A stretch of 64,000 bases of DNA from Takakia lepidozioides (taxonomy: Eukaryota; Plantae; Bryophyta), in the NCBI GenBank assembly GCA_030704615.1, contig CM060733.1, positions 51,274,001 to 51,338,000 of the forward strand, given 5' to 3'. The notes beneath the pieces were generated by a model. It was not told where the DNA came from, made no database searches, and saw only the letters and a list, made by a program, of their open reading frames with translations. Made by a program: the position numbers and the translations under genes. Shown here one piece after another: positions 36,656-48,938 of this stretch (its first letter is position 1; each line of letters begins with the position of its first letter).

Positions 36656-38494
36656 ATGGGGAGCCAGGTAAGCACCATTAAAGCAGCAGCAGGGAAGCTG
36701 GCGCCTGAATCGAAAAGGAAAGGCAACAAAGTCGAGAAGGCGAAGATTGGGATTCTTGCCTTTGAAGTAGCCAATGTGATGTCCAAGAGTATGCAACTCT
36801 GGCAATCGCTCAGTGATCATGAAATCCTTAGACTCCGCACTGAGGTGATAAAAGCAGAGGGCGTGTTGAACTTGGTTTCTGATAATGAAGCTGTGCTGCT
36901 TAGCCTTGCTTGCATGGAGAAGCTGCAGGATTTGACGGCGGTAGCAAGTGCAGTTGCTCGTCTTGGTCAGCGATGTCAAGAGCCAGCATTGCAGGGATTC
37001 GAGCATGTCTACAATGATGTCTTGAAGCAGAGTATTGATGTGCGAGCCCTGGAATTTCCATGCAGGGAAATGGAATCAAAAGTGAAGAAGATGGAGCGTT
37101 ATATTGCATCTACTGCCAGCCTTTATCAGGAGTTGGAGATTCTTGCGGATCTAGAGCAAGCCTGTCGGAGATTGCAGGACGACGAGGATGGCGCTCAAAG
37201 TGAGACATTGAATGCTTTGGAGCAGAAGGCAATGTGGCAGCGGCAAGAGATTAAGTGTGTACGAGACCTGTCTCTATGGAATCGCACTTATGACAAGGTT
37301 GTCGGTCTATTGGCGCGGACTGTATGCACTATTCATGGAAGAATTGTGGGTGTATTTGGGTCTCCCATGCTTGGTTTGTCCCAAACGATTCCGCTCCAAC
37401 CGAATGGTGAGTCTTGCAACTTTGCTGCTTTTCGCAGTTCTTACTCGTCAAGCTCGCAAGCGGCATCACTAAGCCCGCGACTGTCTCATCCTGCCCAAGG
37501 TGTGGAAGCCTTGAATCCAGATTCTACTTGTAGCATAGATGCTGTCTCGCAGCCGGCAACTCCTCCTCCGGGGTCAAGTGCCAATGCTGACGATGGTGGT
37601 GCAGGCTATATCATAGCCAGCTTATCCTCCCAAAATGCTTCTGGGGCATGTGAACTTCGACCATCCCCCTCTCCAAATCTCTCTTCCGGCCCCCATATTA
37701 CACAAACTAGAAGTTCTTTTGTTTGTTATTCGCCTAATTATCAAAATGCAACGGGTGCTCTTCCAGGGGGATCCTTATCCTCAGAAAGTTCCCAGATTCA
37801 TATTGCAGAAAGGTCCCAGACAGCATCACTGCAGGCAGAAAACACCGAGTCATTTACTTCGGCTCTCCTGTATGTGACCAGTCATAGTATGCAACCAGGG
37901 CATCGCACACCGAACTCTGTACATCAGAATGGCCGCAATATGAGACTGCTCTTTGACCCTAAAAGTAGGCATCAGATGGCGCCTTGGTCAACCTTGGGAG
38001 GAGCTGCACTAGCACTTCACTATGCCAATGTGATCATTATCATTGAGAAGATGATACAGTACCCCCACCTTATTGCTCACGATGCTCGTGAGGATCTCTA
38101 TCGCATGCTCCCAAATACTGTTCGCATGGCTTTACGTTCGAGGCTACGAGCAACCATGAAATTGTGTGAACGCAGCAAGTTTGACTCTGGGATCGCGGCA
38201 GATTGGAAGGAGGCATTGGAGAGAATTTTGGGTTGGCTAGCACCACTCGCGCACAACATGATTCGATGGCAGTCAGAGCACAACTTTGAGCAGCAGCAAG
38301 TGGTGTCACGGACCAATGTACTTCTGCTGCAGACCCTTTACTTTGCAGACCTAGTGAAGACGGAGGCAGCCATCACTGAGTTGCTTGTGGGCTTGAACTA
38401 CATCTGTGGTTATGAGCAAGGAAACAAATGCGACTCTCTGATTGAGTACACGAACAACAAAGATTCAGAAGAGTATCTTGACTGGCGGTTTTAG
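36656..38494 (+). CDS. PSK SIMULATOR-family protein (DUF3475 + DUF668), intronless CDS
   Basis: MGSQVS start (possible N-myristoylation), KIGILAFEVANVMSK (DUF3475), STLGGAALALHYANVIIIIEK..AREDLYRMLP (DUF668), WLAPLAHNMIRWQSEHNFEQQ, LLLQTLYFAD. Confidence 0.93.
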   Translation: MGSQVSTIKAAAGKLAPESKRKGNKVEKAKIGILAFEVANVMSKSMQLWQSLSDHEILRLRTEVIKAEGVLNLVSDNEAVLLSLACMEKLQDLTAVASAVARLGQRCQEPALQGFEHVYNDVLKQSIDVRALEFPCREMESKVKKMERYIASTASLYQELEILADLEQACRRLQDDEDGAQSETLNALEQKAMWQRQEIKCVRDLSLWNRTYDKVVGLLARTVCTIHGRIVGVFGSPMLGLSQTIPLQPNGESCNFAAFRSSYSSSSQAASLSPRLSHPAQGVEALNPDSTCSIDAVSQPATPPPGSSANADDGGAGYIIASLSSQNASGACELRPSPSPNLSSGPHITQTRSSFVCYSPNYQNATGALPGGSLSSESSQIHIAERSQTASLQAENTESFTSALLYVTSHSMQPGHRTPNSVHQNGRNMRLLFDPKSRHQMAPWSTLGGAALALHYANVIIIIEKMIQYPHLIAHDAREDLYRMLPNTVRMALRSRLRATMKLCERSKFDSGIAADWKEALERILGWLAPLAHNMIRWQSEHNFEQQQVVSRTNVLLLQTLYFADLVKTEAAITELLVGLNYICGYEQGNKCDSLIEYTNNKDSEEYLDWRF

Positions 38495-39705
38495 TCCACC
38501 TTACTTGGCAACAGGGCTCAGGGGAAGGGGGGAACAGGACGTGTATTCTATTGCAATCTCTCACAGTAGCTTCTATCAATTTTTTCTGAAACCTTGACCT
38601 TATGCTCTTTGTTTAGCTGTGATACTAATAAAAACAGTCATAAAGCACATGACATTTTTTGTCACAAACTGATGAGGGGTCATGGTTCATGAAAGAACGG
38701 CTACAGAGGTGATGATGAGCTTTATACCCAGTTGTGAGCCTCTCCTCCAAAAGCCTTGTTGACTCTCTGTTTTTATAAATATTGTGTTTGTAATTTTGGC
38801 AGAACTTGTGCACACTTGTAATAGTTCTTTGATCAGTCAAAATGAACTCCAACCTGTCCCATGGTGGTGAGTATATCCGACCAACTTGATTCAGTCAGTG
38901 TGGCTGCATTGTATGCTCTATGTTTCTATTATCTGATTCTGCTATGCAGTCAAACAGACTATAAAGATTAGAGGCCTGCTGTTCCTTCAGTGACATTCTC
39001 CCCTAGCTCGATCCAATTATTGGATCATGTTGAAAGCATGTGCATGGTTGATGGGCCGGAACTCCATCCTCAGTAACACATTATGACAGCCTCTTGGTTC
39101 AATCTGGCTGCCCTCAGAGAACTGAAGGAGGATTGTAGCACTTCTGAAGCGAGTGTGGTCATAACACATAAAGATCAACACCCAGACTGCCTTCTTGTTG
39201 CTTTGAGGGTGTGATTTGGATCCCAAGCAAGCTGTGGACAAAGATCCTTTTATAGTGCCTTGATCCTTGATGCAGGGGCCGCAAGGACTAGTTATCTTGT
39301 GCTTTTGGTAAAGCTGAATCATGGCCGCATCTCCAGTATGTCTGTGCTGTGCTAGTATACTAGATTGCTCCATCTTCGTGACTGTATCATTCCTTAATGC
39401 TCCACAACTGCTACTGAAGGGCATTGTCCAGACTGCAGACTACTGCATCCCACATCAACAATGTCATTCCAGCCTTCAACTGTGATCCCTCCACAGACAC
39501 ATGAATGGAACCAAAGAGAGTTCCTAAATTGTCGCATGATGGTGGAGGGGTCACTGTTTCATCCGAGAGGGATTGATGAATGAGTTTGGGATTGTGAGCA
39601 GTTGAAGACCAACCACCCCTTCGGACCCCGCCCTTGCACTGATCGCGTGCGCAGACAGACAGGGAGGGAGGGAGGGAGGGAGGGAGGGAGGACGGGGGCA
39701 GGGTG

Positions 39706-42700
39706 ATGATGACTTGCTCAGCTCGGATTAGCGGCACGAGCTTGTGTAGTGCTGTCGTGGTGGAGCCTCACCGTGGGCTGTTGTACAGGTGCCCTCCTCG
39801 GCTGGCCTAGAGTTATGGTTTAGTGGCATACTGTAATCCGTGGAGCTTAATCTTGAGGTCTTGTCTCTGCCACTGTGCCAGTGAAGTAAATGTACCGCAT
39901 TGGGTGTAGCACTTGCCGTGGCTGTTGACGGTTTTTTGGGGAGACTGGAGGGGATTGTCGTAGAGACCAGCCGTTCAGGCTCTAGGTGAAGAACATTGTG
40001 TGTCTAGGTGGGAGTGTTAATCAGGGGGAAAGAGGAGAGGTTCGGAAAAACTCAATTTATGCATTGAAGTGTAGGCAAATTGGATATGCGAACACTGCAA
40101 CAGCAGCACGTTGTTTCACCATAAAGCTTTGCAAGTTTCCCACCCTTTGGATTGAAGTGGAGCCGCGGAAAGCTAGGCAGTACACGAGAAGATTGGCGAT
40201 TCAGGTGTGTACCTTCCATCGTTACCTGCCCTGCCGGTATCTAATGAGCGGCCTTTCGAAGGCTGCGTGATACCTAAGCATCTGCTCTCTCTTAGGGGAC
40301 CACGGGAAAAAGTTTCCCTACAAATTCCATCTGATCTGGCAAGATTAGATTCAGAATCAATGTGATAATGGGAGTACCTGCAACCTTCTTGCCGTTGATG
40401 AGGCATAAGCGAGTCGAAAAGGTGCTCGCCAACCTGCACCCCCCAAACAATGAGCACACCACTATCAGTGCTCTCCCTCTCTCTTTCTCTTGGCAGATGG
40501 TCTGTAAGGAACAGAGAAGAAAAGACCACGTAACCCCACTTGAGCTTAGGGGTAAAGCTGGAATTCTCATTCCGCCTTGTAGCAGAATCCAAGCAGAGTT
40601 GCACTGTGATTTTGAACAGTTGGAGAGCAAGTGGGCAATAGATAAGTGAGGAAAGGACGGTGGGAGGGAGGGTTGAGCTCATTCAAATATTGAGAGAATT
40701 TATGCTTAGCTGGATGGCAGTGGTGGAGGATATGACTGTCACAAAGTGAGAACTAGAACTTTTGTGCAGATCTGCGCTAGTTCTGAAATGGCAGAGGAGA
40801 GTGACCCTGAAATCAAGGAAAAAACTGAAGTTTACAGTGCGACCATGCAACAAGCTATGGGTGGAGGTACTCCTCTTGATTTACCCGTGTCAAGCTGCTG
40901 AATCTGCATTCTTGTTAAGTTGTTACTGACTTCAATCATAACAAACCATGACCTGACATATCAAATGATAGGGGTGAGATTTTGTGTAGCCCTTGAAACT
41001 AGAAATTTGGACCTGTGCCATGTACAAGTCGGGGCTTAAGTTGGTGGAGTTGGAGATATGTCACTGCATAGGCAGCCATGATGAGTGGTTGAGTGATGTC
41101 AGGATGGAAGTGTTGGGTAGTTGAAGTAGTTTCTTTGGACGCAGAAAGAGGTACATGAGATGCTATAGGGTTTTGGAGAGTGATCGGTTGTTTGCGGGAT
41201 GGGATGGCCATGATGCAGCGCTCAAGTACAGGCATGAATTGGGAATGAATTATGCACATGTGCTACCCAACCTCATTGTGGGCTCTTGTCTCCAGGTCTG
41301 TTCCTTGTGTGCAATTTGTGACTGTTGATATGTTAATGCCTTGGTTGCTGTGGATGTGTGTCTTCAACTCTGCAACTATTACTTGGGGACGTGCTTTAAA
41401 GCAAAGATAGATAAAGTGTTCATGATGGGATGCTTATTAGACTGGTGGGTGCTTAGACTCCTTCAGATGTGGATCGGTTGAAGAAAGCAGGTGTGGGCCT
41501 CATTTTCTGCTTGCAACAAGATCCTGACCTTGCGTATCCCTACTAGTTCCCAGTACTTCTTGCTCCGTTGCCATGGTTTGGTGAGTTGCTTACGTATCTG
41601 CCCCTTTGGGTTATCTAATTTAGGGAAAGCTTTGACAGTTCAATTGGTGTGGTAATGTACAAATAAGAAGCCACTGGATAAGCTTAGCAAACATCAGAAT
41701 TGCGGATTGTAAAGTGAAGGCTAATTTCCTGGACACCATATGGGTTCCTTAGTTAGGATCTCAGATATTTTGGAGTTGATCTCTCGGCAATTCAGGCGCG
41801 TGTGCAAGAGCTTGATGGTATCAAACACCATCGATCTCAGATACGGTGGGTCTTCTGTTGTAAATGAGAGTTGACAGTTCTGTCCTTCATTTTGACTGCT
41901 TAATTCTCCGCCCGCATGAAATGTGAATTATTGCTTTACTAGTTTTGAAACTCACTGTTCTTAACTGAGCAGAGATTTTGATCCATATGATTTGCGAATG
42001 AAGTTACCTGGGGTGGTGGCTGACCTGCACCACGCAAAACAGCAAACAAAAGGTGCAGCCTATATACACTGCACGGCTGGGCTTGGCCGTGCCCCAGCTG
42101 TTGCGGTCAGTCAAACTTTAACTATGAGTTTTCCCTTCCTTTTTTGTTAAGGTTGCTTTCACTTGGGTTGGGAAGGGCCATCGCTGCAGCATCAATCAGG
42201 GAATAGTATAAGAAAAAGTTCATGTTAGATTGATTGCAGTCCAGGAGATTGCAAAAGATTCTGACAAGTGTCATTGTTCTTGGGAGGATTCTCAAAATGT
42301 TGGTATGGGTGGATGATGCAGCTGGCTTACATGTATTGGCTCCTTGGTTATCAACTCAATGAAGCAAATGCACTTCTCCAGGTTTGGAACTGCCTCTTAG
42401 ACTGTCCTCTGGTTACTTCTCAAAAGCCTGGGAACAGGGTTGTTGATATTGGTGGCTAGTAGCCTGTTTAAAGTCAGCTTTTGTTAAGCTCCTAGATCAA
42501 AACTGTCCTGCAGGAGGTTGAAAACTATTCGGCTCTGAACCCACGTCCGCCTATAAGGGGGCCTTGTGCCCTAACAACTGGGCCATCTGTTGGATGCTTT
42601 TGATAGTCATATTCCTACTTCACTACTGGGATATTTGCCAATGTGGCTTCAATTCGTACTTTGGATTGGCGGGCATGCCTTCTGGTCAGGTCATTTACTG

Positions 42701-44587
42701 GAGCGCATGACTGTAGGTTTTGCGGAGAGTGAGGGTGTCATAGGCAACTTAACAGCTAATAAAAGCTCTGTTTACATGTTTTTCCTTGCAAATGGTGCAG
42801 AAAGTACGGCACTGCTATCCAAAGCTGGAATCAATAAGAAGTGCCACTTGTGATCTGGTCAGTGTATATAACCATCCTGTCTGTAGCTCACCCTGTCAAA
42901 GCTGCTCAAGCTTAGTCAAAAGACTGCATATATTCAGGTTCGCACTGAAGTTTCCAGTAGAGCTGCTCTGTCGACATCTGTCTGTGTTCTGAATGGAAAA
43001 GTTGTTCAAGAAAGCACAGTACTATTTGGTCATCAGCTGACAGGGTAGCAGCTTTGTTATGCCATCTTTCTTTAACTTGCACATCACTTTGCTAAGAAAA
43101 TGTGTTGGCAACTGAATTTTCTGAGGCTTGGCAGTGAAGCACACCCTCCAAGCTTGTAAGCAGCGGTCGTGTGTCGGGTGGCTTTCATAGAATGCAATAC
43201 CGCCTTCCTTGGCTCTGTGATAGTGCTGGTTATGACAATACATGGACTCTCTCTTTCTCATGCTGACAAATTATATCTGATTGTTGTTAGTTGACAGATG
43301 GAGCCAGAGAATCTGTAGAGCTACAGTGGCGCAGCAGAGGTACCTGTCGCAGTGTGGAGATCTCTGGCCTGGATGTCGGTTGGGGTCAGGTATGGACCTT
43401 CTTTTGTGCACTCTCCACTTTTGTGACCAAGCAAATTTTGGAGTGAGGCTGGGTTTCTGTTGTTACATCCTCAATGCACAGAGGCAGTCACCTTGGGTGT
43501 ACTCCAAACCCTAATCGTCACATGCTTAAAACTTTGCCTGTGTGTCACTCTCCAAATTACAGGAGTGCAGCTTTTAGCAGGGAGTAGCTTTACAAGCAGA
43601 TATTGTATTACAGGGTGCAACAGATTTGCAACCTCAGATTTTGAAGCTCCATCTGCTCAGGGCATGAGTGATAACTCTTGTAGCAATGAGACCACTTGAC
43701 TAGGTGTAGTGGAGTTGTTTATTGCTCCATGGTGACCTTGAACCTTCAATCATCAGGTAGTCAAGAACATGAAATATCTAGGCTCTGCCTGGTCGAGCTC
43801 CCTGAGCTCCATTGTTCTTTTGATCTCAACCTTTGGTTGAAGCACTCTTCCACTATTAGGAAGAATTGGATAGTTGTGCTAGTGCGTGCAGCAGCAAACT
43901 AATATTGACGCCTGTTCCGTCACACGTGTTGATTAATGTGGCCACAGCGGATCCCCTTCGAGTATAAGATCAAGGATGGTCGATGGATCTTGAAACGCCA
44001 ACTACCAGTATGAACTTCTACTTTCACTAGCTAGGTTTGTGTTTTTTCGATCTCATAATCACAAAGCTTGTCCAGTTGGATTGATAAATTTAGGGCAATT
44101 CGACCATGACAGTGTCATTCAACAAGAGTTCATTTGTGTATATGTGGTTGGTTATTTGGCCGGCCAGGTAGGAAGGTACGAGTACAAGTATGTTGTGGAT
44201 GGGAATTGGACGTATAATCCTGATGCCCCACTCACAAAGCCAAATGCAGATGGTCATATCAACAATTTTATTGAGGTGGGTCCACTTTGTCTACCCCATC
44301 AAGAATTTCATGTGGGTTGCGCAGCTTTGGAACTTGCAGTAAACTTTTGTCTGGTCCATTATTTTACGCCGGGTGTGATAGCTAACAGATTGCATAATAT
44401 TGCATGAGGTTTCAGAAGCATTGGTCCTGTAGCATGTCTAAAGCACTGGTCATGTTGGTTTCAGGTTATGGGCGGTTCACATGCTTGGGAAATGCGGCAG
44501 AGATTGATGCAGGAGGATGCTCTGCTCACATCTGACCATCGCATCAAAATTAAAGCCAAGCTAGAAGAGCTGGCTAAAATCTCGTAA
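39706..44587 (+). CDS. SEX4: Phosphoglucan phosphatase SEX4/DSP4 (dual-specificity phosphatase + CBM48); 5' exons uncertain
   Basis: From 40770: [40 protein letters not shown]|[32 protein letters not shown] (active site), [25 protein letters not shown] (CBM48); stop 44585-44587. ATG 39706 is a tentative transit-peptide start. Confidence 0.9.
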
Positions 44588-45368
44588 ACAAGCTCAGCTG
44601 AAAAGGACTTGGATGGGATGATCCGAAACAACAGAACTACTCTGAAGTTTGGGTGCACGCCATAACCATGTGCAATGTAAATGAATAAGATTTACAAGAT
44701 GCACGCAGTATAACTATTTAATGCTTCCCTCAAATAAATGTGTTTTTACGAAAGAGATTAATGAACCTATGTTGGCAGCATTTATGGAGATTTGTTATCC
44801 AATAAAGCATAGCATCTTTTGTCAATCTTGAGTACAAGATGGGAAGGTCATGCACATCTGTTGCCCTTCACCGACCTTTCTATCTTCTGCGAGCTCTCTC
44901 TTTAGTCGTACCAGATATCTAGCTTACTGCTGACCTACATAGGGTAGACCAAAGCAAAGTACCGAACTTGGCAACTTGCTTGCTACATCAGTCAAACTAA
45001 TTGAAGCAACGAAATGGGAAGTGCCACTGCATTTCATGTGAGAATACAACAGCATAAATGACCATTTACATGCTACCCCGCTGAATGCCAACCATACCAA
45101 GGTGCAGCAGATATAGGAAATAGCTCCCAAAAGAAAAGGCATGACTTTTGCATCATCTATGTCACAATAAGCCTGGGAAAATGCTTGCCAGACAAGCCGA
45201 GTTAGGCCCGCCCAAACTAGTGGTCTACTCCTGTGCACAACAATGTGCTTAGCTCGAGAATGTGTGGTCTCTAGCTTTCCAGATCCTTCATAACCCGATA
45301 TTAACTGCCAGAAAGAAACTCTTCCAAGTTAAAAAATAGACAACTGCAAGTACTTTTGTATATCAGGT

Positions 45369-46816
45369 TTACAATGAGTTGGACAATTTCTCATACTTCC
45401 GATATCGCTCACACAGAAGTTTAAGTGATCCAGGTGGATGCTGCATGCGATTCAATTTTATGTCCCTTGACATTGCCTGCAAAGTAGGACAACAGCCTCA
45501 ATGTTAGCAGCATTATCCCAGTTGCTAACTGCTAGTCTAAGCACAGGCACAACTGCTACAGCACCCCTTACATGATAGTCATCTCCATGTTTCGCCATGA
45601 GTCGGCTTACATACACTCTTTGCATTGTCGTGAGACGTTGCAAAGGTGCCTTTTTCCCATCCCTTCTCTTTTTGTTTAGAGCTGATTTCACGTCTGTAAC
45701 AACCACACAAAGACAGAAGGTGAGTACATCTTAGAAGTCTATGCCTTCCAAAACATGTTTTGACAAAGATTCCTATGACCATCAGCTTTACATTGATAAA
45801 CCAGCCTAGTCCATCCATTATCATAGACCAGTGACCACGGATGGTGCATTCTTAACAAGATTCCTCCGGTAAGACATGAGCATATAGGCTACATTTTGTG
45901 AAACAGAACTAATCATCTGTGGCAGTGCATCACAGACTCCACATCCATCTCCCAAACAAATTCCGGGCATGACCTCACAAGAGGGAGGGATGCATTGGAA
46001 TGTGATGAGTTAGAAAGCTGGAGGATCCTCAAAACAGAGAGTACCATCAGGTTCGTCGTCACTGCCAGCCAAGGCCTCCCCTGGCTCCACTGACAAGGGC
46101 TTTTGCAGACTCACTACCTGCACACAGTCTTGTGAACCGGAACGAGCCCCGAGCACGTTGGGATTGGCCACAATTCCAAGAGAGCGGTAATTGCTCAGTC
46201 GTGTAGCTTTCTCATCCCATTCCAACCTGCCACCAGCATCCTCTATGCTGTCATTCTTTACGAAACACACAGCGATAAAACACAGTTGCAAAGCTTCTAT
46301 CCATGCCCAAACAGGCAACGTGCAAGTTTGTAACAATGCCTAATCCTTTTCAAATCCTCTGACCAACAGTTGTGAGTTGACCAGCAGTCTGCTCAACCTC
46401 ACAGTCACCAACTCTGTCAAATTTCATATCTTCAGGATTCATCAACCTTACTGTAAGTTCACCGGCTGAGCATAGATTTCTTGTCAATGAACTCAAAAAA
46501 CTTGGCAGTCTTCAAGTACAAACCCTGCGCTAGTAATACCAATCTGCGTTTGATGATTGGGAGTCACGAAGATGCAAACACCGGATTTCCGGCGAACACA
46601 CTGGCATTGAACAAACTACTCAATGGGCTGACTCAGTAACCATGCAGAAAGAGGTGAACGATTGGAATTCGACTAGCAGCAGAGAGGAACAGACTTCTCA
46701 TCGGATCCGGGTAGAAACACAGGCACCGGCGTGGAGATCTTGGTGTTCTTGCGTTTGGGAAGTCCGACTCGCACAGCGGACTTGGATTTCTTGAAGGCAC
46801 GCCTGGATCTCGCCAT
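45369..46816 (-). CDS. NOP16: Nucleolar protein 16 (60S ribosome biogenesis), 4 exons
   Basis: MARSRRAFKKSKSAVRVGLPK, WDEKATRLSNYRSLGIVANPN, KRRDGKKAPLQRLTTMQR..LMAKHGDDYH|AMSRDIKLNRMQH. Confidence 0.88.
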
Positions 46817-46843
46817 CGCTTCCTCTCCGCTTGCCCTCCTCTG

Positions 46844-46860
46844 TTTTAGGGTTAGGTTTT
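46844..46860 (-). promoter_or_regulatory. Telo-box-like element upstream of NOP16
   Basis: ttttagggttaggtttt (AACCCTA on the minus strand) about 30-45 bp from the ATG. Telo-boxes are typical of plant ribosome-biogenesis genes. Confidence 0.55.
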
Positions 46861-46938
46861 CATCTTACTACATAGTTGGGACGCCCTAAATTTTCTTATA
46901 TTAGGTTTGTAGTTTGTAGCCACATGACACATACCGTC

Positions 46939-47505
46939 CCATGGACAACCGTTTAGCGATAATAATAATAATAATAATAATTTCAAAATGAAAGTGCCTA
47001 ACGCATTCTGGGATTTTTTCAGATTTTGGCCTAATTATTTGGAAATTCCAGCAAAAAACTTTCAAGCCTCTTCTCATGTTGTTTGTAATAAGATGAAAAT
47101 TTCATTGAACAAAAATCGATACAAATATATGTGTGCGGGAATAACTTCCTACAAATCCCAATCTATTTGCGAGAGCTCCACGACTCGACAATGTCATCAT
47201 ATTCATCCTCCTCGCTAATCATCATGATCTCCTCGGCCACCACATTGAGATCAGGGATATCCTCATTTTCAATGTGCAGATTTGCAAGACATCTACATAT
47301 AGTTTCTTCTACACTAAGGTCAAGGTAGATATTAGGGATATCCTGAGTGACTTTGAGCATTCCTGTCCACCAAATCATCATTCACTGCAAACAAATTGGT
47401 TACAAAATTTGCTCCCATAGCCCCAAGATGCCTAATGTGAGAAATGGTTTGAGAATCGTGCCTAAGTAGTCTGTTTGGCAAAAACGCCTAAACGGTTGTC
47501 CAGGG
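46939..47505. mobile_element. Small non-autonomous TIR element (possibly hAT-derived)
   Basis: Inverted repeats CCATGGACAACCGTTTAG (46939-46956) and CTAAACGGTTGTCCAGGG (47488-47505); internal GCCTAA repeats; acidic ORF remnant 47163-47381(-). No TSD seen. Confidence 0.6.
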
Positions 47506-48116
47506 AGTAGAACATACCTGGACAAACTAACTTAAGTTAAAGACTTGTAGAGTTTGTTGGCTGAGACTTTGCATCATGTTGAGAAAATGTGGTCAACGGA
47601 CACCAAAAAGATGATTGGTCCAAAAAAGCTCTCAAGTATAAAGCACCTGGCAGCTTGTCAAAATTGTTGCTTCAATGACAGAGCCTCTAAGTATATATAT
47701 TGCGTTCTATAGGCAAGGAGTCTATTGCGTTACAAAGGGCACCAGCTATGTCTCATTTGCGTGGGCGGAAGGAGCTGGAGCAGCTTCATCTTGCCTCCCG
47801 GCTCTTTATGACCCACCTTCTTTCTTATTGTCTGATCTATTTCAGGGTAGGTGTAATTGGGCTTTGAACTTCCAAGCAACCGATCACTTGGAAGGCAGCC
47901 TCTTACAACTAATTCCGAGGAGAGGGAAGTAATACATGCAAACAAGGTAAAGTGTCCCACACACCACCACTTGCAAATTCAGTTATGAAAATTGAAAATT
48001 GACAATTGTTGATTCTCGTAGTCCTTGATTTTCTTAATCACGCCATTTAACTGTTTCTGACAGGTCTAAAGTCTGATGTTTCTTTTCTTCTATCAACCCT
48101 ATTGTAGGAAGGTGGA

Positions 48117-48938
48117 TTACAGATCTATTACATTGATTCCTACTTTTTCTCGTTTCACCTCTTTGACAACTGCAACACAAAGATTCACCAGTATATCTGG
48201 GTGCTCTCGAAGAAAAGTGTCAAAACCAATAACTTCAGACAAATCAGCCACATGAGTGGAGAGATATTCAATCACAGCTTGCGTGAGTTCCTCTGCATTG
48301 TATCGGTTCCCCACGAGATAGGTTTGAAAGACGAGGTGAGCAGGGATGTTGGACTTCAGCGCATTTACACAATCAGATTTCAGCAGACTAAGCTCATACA
48401 TGTCTGCAGCTTGCAGGAGCTCAAACACGTGTTCACGCATGATGTCAGCTTCCACATAACCTGTGTAAAAAAAGCTTACAAATGCTTCAAGGGCCAAATG
48501 CTCCATATCCATTTTCACTATTCTTGTGGATGATTCTTCCATCTTATGAAGAAACATAGCCTTGAACACTTTGGACTTGCCCACCTGCGAACATTTGCAC
48601 ATATACTTATATGAGAGACCGAAAGGAAGATATTACTATTGGTCGACTTCATTGGTCATACGCTATGAGTACGCTATGCATTTATAATCGCTGATCACTG
48701 CTAATCTATGATCCGGATACTAAATACACACACATATATGTATATGCGCAGATCTCTCCATGGACACCTAGTATTATATGCATATTTCGAAACGATTGAA
48801 AAAAAATACCAAAACAGCTGTGTGTCCATGGACCTCTCCAAAATCTCTGGACCTCAAAATGACGTCTGTGTGGGGTGGCCGCATCGAGTCTCGATCCCAT
48901 GTTGTCAGAAATGACTGCCTCGCCTGCGATCTTTCCAT
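48117..48938 (-). CDS. BTB/POZ domain protein (SPOP/SIBP1-like small BTB), 2 exons
   Basis: Exon 48938-48810 TDVILRSRDFGEVHGHTAVL; exon 48584-48117 VGKSKVFKAMF..MEES..LEAFVSFFYTG..LLQAADMYELSLLKSDC. Confidence 0.85.
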
